From Amoebophrya sp. A120 (taxonomy: Eukaryota; Protista; Dinoflagellata): a stretch of 64,000 nt of DNA. The stretch covers positions 1,695,182 to 1,759,181 of the forward strand of contig CAJINV010000010.1 in the NCBI GenBank assembly GCA_905178155.1, written 5' to 3'. Below, piece by piece: positions 46,530-57,300 of the stretch (position 1 is the stretch's first letter; each line of letters begins with the position of its first letter). The position numbers and the translations under genes are program-made. The notes under the pieces are model-generated. The model did no database searches and was not told the DNA's origin. It saw only the letters and a list, made by a program, of their open reading frames with translations.

Positions 46530-48263
46530 CTAGACTAGGTCCGGAAGTTCATATGTCATGGAGCGTGAGCGAAGCAGGTTGGCATTATCATTAAAAATTT
46601 CCAGACGCAGACGCAGACCCAGACACAGTTTGTTGCCATCACATACGTAGTGGATGTGGAGTTTTACTTTTTTCCGCAATACACCTACTACGTTCGGCCA
46701 ATTGAGCCACTGCCCCGACACCGGCAGGACTTCAAGGAGAAGCACTTCTAATGCCATTGACGGACGAGAAGTTGAAGTTGTACTTGTAGCAAGGCCGGGG
46801 TTATTAAAATGTGCTCGTGGTGGTCCCTGCTCCTGGTGAAAGTTGTTGAAACTGGAATCATCCGAATCTTCACTCAGGCTGCAACTTGTGTTGCTCCGCA
46901 CGGACGATGGCGAAGTAGGCTCATGATCAGATGCACTGGCTACCGCAGAAGCGTGATGCGTGGCCCCCGTGCGTCTCCGTTTCGCCTCTGGGTGGTCAGA
47001 AGTGGTCGCCTGATTATTGTCGCGCGACGATGACGTACTGCCGCTGCCAGAACTTGAGCTGCTACCAGCCGCGGCTGACTTGTCATCGTTTCGCTCTTTT
47101 GTGTGCAGACCGTAGCTGCCCGGACGAAGCAGATTACTCCTGTAGCCTTCAGCGCCTTCGTTTTCGGCCCGTCTTTTCATACTGCCGGCCACAACTGCGG
47201 CACTATCTGCTATTCCCAGACCTTTCTGCCAAGCTGCTGGAAAGTTGCCACCCGCGAGGGCGGCAGCGACCGTGCTCGCGTTTGTCTGGCTTTTCACTGA
47301 CGCGCCCGCCGGAGGGCTATTCGAGCGTCGCAGCGGGAGAAAATAATCGCAGCCCCGGTTCTGCAGTTCTTTACTGGCATTCCCTGCGGCACAGACGTGG
47401 ACGATGCGACCGTGTTCTCGCAGGCGGCAGGTAAGCGGAAGAAAGTCGCCGTCCGCGGTGACGATAGCAAAAGCCTGAATGCTTGGGTGCGTAAACGGAA
47501 GTTCAGTGGCGTCGATGGCCAGGGCCATGTCAGCCGCGTTTTTGGCTCGGCTGTTGAAGGGCGATTTCTGCACCAGGGCAACGCCCGACCGTTCGCAAGC
47601 CACCCGCCAGGAAAGCATTCCGTGCGTGTGAAAGTCCCCATACGCCCTCTGCAGTAAAATTCGCCCACCGAGAGATCGGATGTGGTCGTGCACCTGGTCA
47701 ACGGAATTTGGTTGTTGGTTTTCGCAATCGTAAAACACAGCCCACTCGAGGTTCTTGCGCTGCTGTTGCTGCTGTTGCTGCTGTTGCTGCTGTTGCTGCT
47801 GTTGCTGCTGTTGCTGCTGTTGCTGCTGTTGCTGCTGTTGCTGCTGTTGCTGCTGTTGCTGCTGTTGCTGCTGTTGCTGCTGTTGCTGCTGTTGCTGCTG
47901 TTGCTGCTGTTGCTGCTGTAGTTCCCGCTGCTGTTGCTGCTGTAGTTCCCGCTGCTGTAGTTCCCGCTGCTGCTGTTGCTGCTGCTGTAGTTCCCGCTGC
48001 TGTAGTTCCCGCTGCTGTAGTTCCCGCTGCTGTTGTTCCAAAAGCTGTTCCCGCTGCTGTTCCCGGGGCTGTTCCCGGGGCTGTTCCCGGTGCTGTTCCC
48101 GGTGCTGTTCCCGGTGCTGTTCCCGGCGCTGTTCCCGGCGCTGTTCCCGGGGCTGTTCCCGGGGCTGCTGCTGTAAAGAATTACTGTTCGTCGACGTGTC
48201 ACTTCCACCGCCACGTGAGGACGGCTGTCGGCGACCTCCGCCGTGGCCGAGGATATTGCCCAT
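46530..48263 (-). CDS. Second NYN-domain protein with N-terminal QPRE/polyQ expansion; probably truncated
   Basis: Same NYN motifs as 42306-44372. Likely start MGNILG at 48263. Confidence 0.75.
   Translation of the reverse strand: MGNILGHGGGRRQPSSRGGGSDTSTNSNSLQQQPREQPREQRREQRREQHREQHREQHREQPREQPREQQREQLLEQQQRELQQRELQQRELQQQQQQQRELQQRELQQQQQRELQQQQQQQQQQQQQQQQQQQQQQQQQQQQQQQQQQQQQQQQQQQQQQQQQQQQQRKNLEWAVFYDCENQQPNSVDQVHDHIRSLGGRILLQRAYGDFHTHGMLSWRVACERSGVALVQKSPFNSRAKNAADMALAIDATELPFTHPSIQAFAIVTADGDFLPLTCRLREHGRIVHVCAAGNASKELQNRGCDYFLPLRRSNSPPAGASVKSQTNASTVAAALAGGNFPAAWQKGLGIADSAAVVAGSMKRRAENEGAEGYRSNLLRPGSYGLHTKERNDDKSAAAGSSSSSGSGSTSSSRDNNQATTSDHPEAKRRRTGATHHASAVASASDHEPTSPSSVRSNTSCSLSEDSDDSSFNNFHQEQGPPRAHFNNPGLATSTTSTSRPSMALEVLLLEVLPVSGQWLNWPNVVGVLRKKVKLHIHYVCDGNKLCLGLRLRLEIFNDNANLLRSRSMTYELPDLV
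47760..48172. repeat. (CAGCAGCAA)n polyQ (~53 Q) plus QQREL and QPRE/QHRE repeats
   Basis: Directly visible in the NYN paralog 2 N-terminus. Confidence 0.95.
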
Positions 48264-48643
48264 TTTTTTTTTAATTTCACATACAGCTTGAACCGCTCTC
48301 GTCGTGCAAGAGAAAAGGCAACCAAGAAGGTCTCTTCTCAATAGAGATAGCTCCAAAAAGATAAAAGAAAAAATGACCACAGAACAACAACTGTATCGCA
48401 CAACTTTAGCAAGAGAGACGAGAGTCTGGTACTGGAACAAGAAGAGCTCACCCATGTGGCGGCTTGCACACATGATCGGGAAGAACACGTAGCAACAAAG
48501 TGCGGCACCACGTTGACAAAAGTGTCGTTCGCAAAGAGAAAGACCTCGAGTGGAATATCGTTGCGTCTTTCATTTCATTTTTGTCTTTCGAAAGGGTGTT
48601 GAAAATGATCTCGCTGGCACAAGGACGAATGAAGTTGTGTGTA

Positions 48644-50470
48644 TCATGATTTTTCTTTCATCCCGCCAAGCCTTTCCTGCACCCAGGAGTATTTCCTCAA
48701 CCATCTGTAGTCCAAGACCGGACCACTTTCGTCTTTGTCGCTAGTTGTACCGTGATTTTTCTCGTTAATATTACCATCCTTCTCTTTATTCTTCTGTCCC
48801 ACCACCCCAGCCGTTGAGAACCCGCCTCTCATCTGGGCAAAATCTCGAATGTCCGCAACTTCAGAAACATCGCAGACCAGGTTTTCATCGTCATCTTCGT
48901 GTCCACCTGCTGTAATTCTAATTCCTCCTCCAATATCGCCATTTTGCATGACAGATTCCGCTTGATGTTCTTTCTCCAGCTGCTCTTTGAGTAATTTCGC
49001 AGCCAAATCCACACTACACTCCCCTTCGTCATCTTCCAAAAACGGATCCGCGCCGTACTTGAGAAACAAATCCGTCATTTCCTCGTTCGCACCGTCAATA
49101 GCGAACGTCAAGGGTCTGACTTTATCGTACTCACCACCAGTATTCACGTCTAAGATTGGTGCGTAGTCCTGCAGCAGTGCTTCTGTGAAACTATAGACTT
49201 GGTTGAGGAATTGTTTCGGGGTCTTCTGCTGCTCCACCTCGCAGCATCCGACCTTTATCCTGAGTAAAAACGTACCCACACCAGAGTTGTCATGCAAATC
49301 TGCATGCTTAAAACGTTTGTCGTGCGGAGCCCCATGAGAAGCATTTTCTAAGGGTGTTTTGAAATTTGTCATGCTCCAATCAGCATGAGAGACTAGATCT
49401 GTAATGCTGCTGAACTAGCTCAAAGAGCACTACACTACGCGTCCAAATTTGTCATGCGAAACAAGCAAAGTTGGCCGATTTGTCTAGCAGATTTTCCATC
49501 TTGACTCTGGTGTGGGTACGTTTTTACTCAGGATAACCTTCCCGCAGTCGTCAATGCTGTCCTTCTCTTCCTTGCAGCCTAGATGGGTATCCTGTGCAAA
49601 AGTATCGTAGTCGTACTAATTGCAGTATATGCATGACAAATCTTCTTTTCAAAGTAAAACAGCATGACAAATTCCATTTCTCATGCTGAGCAAATTTGTA
49701 ATGCAATTTCAATTTGTACTAGTACGATACTTTTGCAGTTCATAGTGGGCGAGCCACAGCAAAATCGTCCACCCCTCTTCGGAGAAAAAAGTGTTGAGGT
49801 CGTTCGCGTCGAAGACGTATTTCACTGGTTTGAGGTTTTGCGGTTTAGCTTTGTTGTTGGGCTGGTTGGTGGTTCCGGATTTATGATTTCTTCTATCTGT
49901 AGAAGCGGCGGTAGCGCCCGGTGATTGAGCTTGTCTTCTCGACATTTCAGTACTGTCATCCTCGGATGTAGTGGCCGCATCTCCGTTTGTTCCATCTGAA
50001 GTAGAAGACGGACTGAAGCCCGATTCCAGCGCTTCGCTCGCGGTGTTTGAGGTTTTGGAAAACAACCCGTCCTGACCTTCCAAAATCTCCTTCAGCATCT
50101 TCCTTTCGAGAAACGCCGCCAGAATGTTCGCCGGCATAAACTTCTCCTCTAGTTGTGATTTTTCTTGAGCAACAGCTGGCGAAGTAGATGGTGAGGACGA
50201 GGAGTCGAGGGCATCAACTTCTGAGTTCATCAGTTCCTCTGGTCGTGTTGCAGCTTTCGCCTGCGCAGCTGTATAACGACCAGCACCTACTTTTGACTTC
50301 GCCAGCAGGGCCGCGAGCGTTTCGCTGTTTTGCGAAGAAGCTAATTCCTGTTGAATTTTTTGCAGCACCGCGTCGAAAGAGGCATCGAAGGTAGGCTGGT
50401 GTTCCGGAGAGCCAGCACGCCCTCCTGGGTTGCCGCTCGCCGCAGCTGATGTGGTGCTTCCCGAGATCAT
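48644..50470 (-). CDS. Ankyrin-repeat protein (~459 aa, 3 exons)
   Basis: GWTILLWLAH|LG and RPLTFAIDGANEEMTDLFLKYGADPFLEDDEGECSVDLA ankyrin-like repeats. Frame is restored by removing two introners. Confidence 0.75.
49256..49535. mobile_element. Introner, family B; perfect 32-bp TIR
   Basis: TATCCTGAGTAAAAACGTACCCACACCAGAGT; DR ACCTT/ACCTT. Confidence 0.93.
49588..49744. mobile_element. Introner, family A
   Basis: DR ATGGG/GTGGG. Confidence 0.88.
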
Positions 50471-51327
50471 TCTTGTCGTGGTTCCAGTAGTTGGAATGAA
50501 GAGAAGTCGCGATGATGAAAAAGAAAACGTAGATCGTTTTATATGCGTACAATAAATGGAAAACAGGGACGAGGGGCCTACGCGCCTATACAACTCGTGC
50601 ATCTAGTACACCGGGGAGAATAAACATCATGAGATCCTTTTTTCCTTTTGGCCTGGTCACATACAAATTTCTGGCAGCTGCTAGAAGAGGGAGCTATGGG
50701 GTCCTGTAAAAATTGTTGGAAGTAGATAGGAAAAGAAGTTGAAGGACAAGAAGTTGGTTGGTTTTAAGATGATAGATCACGTTGAAAGACAAGAAATAGA
50801 TAGCGCTCCTCCTACTCCGCATCATCATCAAGATCCTGGATGATCGCCTTGTCAGTCGTGATCGTCGTCGTGAGTGCAATGATCTGCAATGCAGATCTAA
50901 TGGATCTGACCAAGCCCTCTGCGGCAGGGTGACGTTCATCGAATCATGAGCAACACAGTCTTGTTCTCAAGACAAAGAATCTGAAGGACCCACATTTTTT
51001 GGGTCGTGCCATGCGTCCGCTTCCTGGGGATCGCTTTGATTTTTTCTTTTTTGTTTCACTTTCACCTCATGTTCGGATTTTCGAAACGCTTGTCAAAATT
51101 TTTCGAGGCTCAAAACTGGGAAACGGTGTCTGGTATGATGTGTTTTGATTTTTTTTGCTGAAGATTTTCATCCTAATCTGTGCAGGAAAAGCTTGATTTC
51201 TCCGGTATGAAGCTCTGTGCAGAAATTCGTGTACTCGCCATCAAAGTGATCACTGTATAAAGTTCGCGCATAAAACAGCCACCTAAACTCATCAACACGC
51301 GAGCCTCTTTTCCGTTCCTCATCCTCT

Positions 51328-54300
51328 TCACCACGCATTCGTGAGCCCGTAGTAGTTCAATTCTTTCCCGTCCCTGGATAACTTTCCATGAAACTTCTTT
51401 TTAAACTCTAGCCAGTGCTGCTTCCACTCTCTTTCCAAAACCGGTATCTGCATCTCCGAGGCGTCTGCGAAGGAGATAGTTTTCTGTAGTTGCGACACAC
51501 CATCAGAATCTGTTTCGTTGTCCGTAGGGTCACCCCATGATGAGCTGTTTTTATTCATCCCACCTTGATCCAGGAGCTTCTTGCTCGTCGTCGTGGTGCT
51601 ATTTCCTTTCTTGTTCTTATTACCTGATATGTCAAAGGGGTTGAAGGAAACAAGAGCGGAGGACGAAGATGGTAAAGCATTTGCTTGCACTGTAGCTCTG
51701 GAAGTCGAAGAAGCAGCTGAAGCGGATGAGGATCTTCCATTCAACCCCACAGCACCACCCGCTGCAGAACTAGAACTGCTACTCGAAGAGCTCCCACCCC
51801 CAACTGTTGTTGAGCTCCCGTTACTCCTTCCAGAGTCACGGTTTAGTACGGTGCTACTACACGAGGGAAACAAGTTCCGGCCTTGCAGCTGCTGCGCGGT
51901 AGGTGCAGTTGGGTCGAGAGTCCCACTGGATCTAGTTGACGAGGACCCACCTCGTCCCGTGCTCGATGTTCCTGATGCGCGGAGATCCTCTTGTATTGCA
52001 AGAAGCTCCTGTGCTGCTGGTCCTCCTTTCAGCTGCGCAATGGCATCACAAGCTGCTGCTGCAGTACAACAATTTCTCGCCGGCGGCTCGTACAAATCGT
52101 CTAACATAATGTAGTTTTGAATCACCTTGACATTCTTCGAATTCATTCCAGCACTAGACGAAGCTAGTACCCCAGCACTGGTCCTCGGCTTCTCACCCCC
52201 ACTCACCTTCGCGGCCTGCACCAACTCCTCCCCGAGTAGAAACAATGCCGCACAGATGCTCTCCGCCCCCTCCTGCGGGGACCGCGTCGCTTCGCCACTT
52301 CCTAACCTTGTTCGGCACCACCCGGGGCACACCGCTGTAATGGAGAATTCCTCCAGGTGCTCAAACCACTCCGCCATCAACTGGACTCCCCGGTTGAGCA
52401 GCGCTAGGCTGAGTTTATACGCTCCCGCGAAATACGTCTTCTGGCGTATCAGAAGGAAGAATCCCCCCTCGTCCCCATATCGAGACGAAGTTTCTGATGC
52501 TGGATCTCCGTACACAAATGCGCGCTGTCTTGCGATACGGCTTTCCAGCCAGATCCTCAGCCTAGGGCGGGGCGTTTGGGTCTAGTTGCTTAGCATTACA
52601 AACGGCTGCCCTCTGGGCCCAACAGCATGCCAAACTTCCATAATGGCGCAGAAGCCTCTGCACTTGTCTTCATGCAAGACAGACGTGATTTGTGGTCTCA
52701 AATCAGCAAGACAAATTTTCGGAAACATGCCTTTTCGAGAGGGGAAGCGGGGATTTTTCTTCTCAATATGGCGGTTGTCCGGGAGAAAGGCAAACTCCCG
52801 CGCATATTTGTTGATCAAATATGCATTGCAAAAGCGTCGCGCTCGTAGTAATTGCAATCATGCATTACAAATGTTCTCCTCAACGTGAATCCGCATTACA
52901 AATCTTATTTGCCATGCTGGGAAAATTTGTAATGCATTTTATATACGAGTACGAGACTTTTGCACTGCATATCAAATCCGACACGGCGAAAACCGGTGGC
53001 CGGAACCGGTTACGGCGGTAAGTACCTTCGAAGTCGTTGTATTCGCCGCGTAGAATTGAGGTGTGACTCACGCCATCGTCAGGCGAGGGAAAGTATAAAT
53101 TGCAAAAGTATCTGTATCGTACTAGTATGAATTGCAATACAAATTGGCCCTGCGTTACAAATGGAATTCGTCATGCTGATTTGCCTTAAGAAAAAGATTT
53201 GTCATGCATAAATGCAATTACTACGAGTATGAGCACGATACTTTTGCAATGCATAGAAACACGGTGTTCACGCCCGTGGTGCAGAACTTCGGCATGACCA
53301 GTTTCTCCTGGATGCCAGTTTCGAGCAAATACTGCATCGGCCTTTCGGGCGGGAACAGGGCTTCCTTCGTGTACGTGTACTTAGTGAAATGCGAAGAACC
53401 AAAAAAGTCACCGCCTCCGTCGTCAAGCGGGACGCGCTATCGCAAGGAAAAATCCCTCCTCCCCGTTACTGAAAAGACACACTTCGGAAAATTTGTGATG
53501 CTGATTTGCGGACACAAATCGCCTGCGTATTGCAAGAAGGCAAAGCCAGATACTGCGCCGGGTTTTGCGGGCAATTTGTAATGCTGTACGGCGTGCAGAA
53601 GATGAGTCCCCCTTGCGAGGCGCCAACACCAAAAAGGCCCAGCCCCGGCCTTGTATCTGCGCGCAGTCCTCTACTGCAAGACAAAGCTGATTTGTGTACA
53701 CAAATCCTGCAACACAGATTTTCAATTGGATATGGGGAGGGGGAGTTTTTCCTTTCAATACGCGCACAGACTTATTCGCGTTTATCCGGGGTCCGCCCAT
53801 AGGGTCGTCAAAATGGAAGTATGAGGAATTTGCGCCGTAGAAGGTGACAGCCTTGCTGTTCTTGACTCCTTTTTTGTTCTTCATTTTTTCCTTCTCTTGT
53901 CTTTCTTTCAGTGACCTTCGCCAAGTCTCCTCTCGTATGCATTGCAAAAGTATCGTACTAGTAGAGGAAGAGGTCGCATTACAAATTTGCTCAGCGTGAG
54001 AAATGGAATTTGTCATGCTGATTTACTTTGAGCAAAAGACTTGTCATGCATAACTGCAATCAGTACGAGTGCGATACTTTTGCACAGGATATCTCGCTCG
54101 CTTTCCTCGGTCCCCTTTCGCGCCGTGGTACCGTCGATGTTGCGAATATCGCCCATGCAACCCTTATCCGCCCACTTCATCATGTCGCGCCGATTTTGCG
54201 ACTTTCTCTGGGCGGCCGTAAGCTCTGTAGTTTTTTTGGTCGAAGTAGATGTTGAACAAACTGGAGCTCCTGGTGCGGCTGCTGTTGCAGCTTTCAGGCT

Positions 54301-57300
54301 GAGGTTTTTCTTCATCGCAGTAGTCTTGATCTTCTTGTTTTTGTCCGCTCCTGCTGCGGAAGTAGGATTGTTCCCGACGTGATTTTTGTCAACCTCGGAT
54401 TCGGAAAAGTCGTCGTTTGATGAGGAAGAAAAGTCAGATGAAAACGCACTCGAGGACGACGAGATCGGTTCATCTTCTGGCCTCTTCTTGTTTTTTTCAT
54501 GTCGACGACCGGCTGGTACTACCTTGTTGCCAGTAAAAAAATCAAACATAAACTCGTCGTCCGAACAGTCACTGATTGTGTCGGGAGGAAAATGGTTTGA
54601 ATCTTCGAGCAGCCACAAATCTGAAGAAGTAGAAGAGCTCGTCTTTCGGATTTTTTTGTTTAAAAGAGATCATGATGAAACTGCAAAAGTAGAGTCGTTC
54701 ACTTTTCTGACAAAAGCTCTGCTTCACGCAAGAAGCATTTGACGTGATCCAAACCTGTTTTCCCTCCGATAGCTTTCCTTCAAATGTTCATCGTAGTCGT
54801 ACCAAGTGCAGCACTTCGGCTGCGGTGTCGGCCTGACAAGGTTGTTGCTCGGTAGTAAACAACGTGCGGAGATTATCCAAGGGAAAAGTGTTACAGTTAC
54901 ACATTTGTAGTGAATTCAGCAACACAAATTTCTCTGCATGAGAGAGAAAACTTGTAATGCAGAAATCCTACGGGAAAGCACCCATGAAACGAGGCTCCTA
55001 TGCATATCCGGCATGACAAAGCTTGTCTGTCTTGCTTGGCCTGCAACACAATGTGTAACTGTAACAATTTTTTCTTGTGATAGAGATCGGGACAAATTTT
55101 TCAACGTTCAATTCGTTTGGATTCGTTGCGGTCGTTGTGGTATCCTGTGCAAAAGCATCGTACTTGTACTGCAGTCATGCATTACAAATCTTTCTCTTAA
55201 GAAAAATCAGCATTACAAATTCTATCTCTCACGCTGAGGAAATTTGTAATGCATTTATACGAGTACGATACTTTTGCCATTCATATGCGGCAGAAGATCC
55301 AAGTAGCGTTGTCGTAGCTGTGTTTGCAGGTATTTTATTGCTGCTTTTCTTTTTGCCCACCGCCGCCGCGACCGGTGCAGCTGCACCAGCGGACGACTTC
55401 GATGCGGTCTTCTCGTTCTCCTTTTTCGACGAAACACTGGCATTGCTAGAGGTTGAGCCGCTGGCTTTTTTGCCCATCACCAGCTTCGGACTGCTCGCAT
55501 TGGAACCACTTCCAGCTGCTATTCCGGTGATCCCATGACAAAGTTCGTTGTTCACTAGTTTCGCCCCACCCGTGCTGGTCAAGCAGTTTGTCGGCACCGG
55601 GAGCCGACTGGTCAAGAGCAAGTCTTGCGTCCTTTTTCCCAAAAATGCCCCGAGAACGCTGTCGTTATTGTCGTCTGGTAGTTGAAAGGGTAGAGACAAT
55701 AGCTGCCGCCGGTACGCCACCGTGCTTTCCTGCAGCTGGCCAAACCCGCCTGAGACACAAACGACCTGAAAGGAGTGGGCGCGGTGAGAAACCGTCGGCC
55801 GCGCGACGGCGTGGGGGTAGGTTAATAACGGGGGCTTCACATCAGTCGGATAAGATCCTCCTTCGCTTGCACTATCGTCGTCTAACTCGATGATTTTCGC
55901 TTTCTTGTTGCTGGTGCAACTAGAAACTTTATTTCCCTTCCCTGCCACCACTTTTGCCTTAGCTTTCGCAGCAGCAGCTCCTACTTCCGGGGCCTTGCTC
56001 TTCTTCCCTGCAGCTGTGCCAGTTTTCTTGATCGAAGCGTCTGCTTTCCGGACCGGGAGGACCTTTGATGCTGATGCACCAGAAGACGTTGTTCCTGGTG
56101 CTTTCTTGCTGTTGTTCTTCTTCGCCTGCTTTTGTTTCTCCTCCGGCGAAAGCAGGTATCAAATGCAAAAGTGTCTGGGTCTGGAAGGTTGCCAGGTTTG
56201 TCATGCATATTTTGCATGACTCAGTATGTCTGTAATGCATGATCTAGCATCGCATATCTTTAGAGGTCTTCCTGATGCCTATCCCGCATTACAAATGCCC
56301 TTCCCGCGTAGCATAGACTCCTGGGCTCCTCTTGCTGGTCACGCAATACAGATTTTTTTCGCGTCCAAAACTAGCATCACAAGTTCCAACCTTCCAGACC
56401 CAGACATTTTTGCAATGCATAGCAGGGCGGAAGTTACCATCTTCTGCTTCATCTTGGTGCGCATTTTCGGAGAATTTTCATATCCTGTGCAAAAGTATCG
56501 CACTCGTATTGCAATGATGCATTACAAATGTTTTTCTTGAGGTAAATTCGCATTACAAATTTTATTTCTCATGCTGAGGAGATTTGTAATGCATTTATAC
56601 GAGTACGATACTTTTGCAGTTCATAGTTCAACATCGGCGCTAGTATCGTTACCTTGCTCGTCCGGCGCAAATAGACCGTGACTGGCTCCCGCACTTGTGG
56701 TTGTAGTTTTCATTTTGCTGCTCGTCATTTTTGATGACGTAGAAGTAGTTGCAACTCCATTTATATAATTGTGGCCCAAAAAAAGCTCGTCACTCGCCAC
56801 TTCTTCCATCTGAACGGTGTGTTATGAGGGTGCACAAGTCCCCCTCCCCCTCATTTGTAATGCGAAAAAAACAAACCCACGAGTTGCCTCTTGGCACTGT
56901 TCGCATGACAAGTTTCGGCAGCCCAAGTACTTGTTAGCACCACTACAATCTTGTGCAAAGTTGTCATGCAAAACCTGCATTCTTGTTGACGCTTAGGCTT
57001 ATATTGCTGTTTGTGCCATACAAATGAAGAGGGGGACGAGGAATTGTGCACTCTCATATGTGCGCCGGTTCGAACAATAGCTCCAAAATCCTCTCCGTCA
57101 AATCCAAGTGCCCCACGCAGTTTACCAGCAACTGCTTTTCGCAGGCCTCTATGCATTGCAAAAGTATCCTCGTACTCGTACCGTAGTAATCGTAGTCATG
57201 CACCAGCATTACAAAATTCTTTATCAAGTCAAATCCGCATTACAAATTCCATTTTTCGCGCTGAGGAAATTTGTCGTACGATTTATAGTATACTAGTACA

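Noticed and set aside
47682-48291. Poly-Leu/poly-Cys/AVA plus-strand ORFs
   Set aside because: Antisense shadows of the polyQ repeat.
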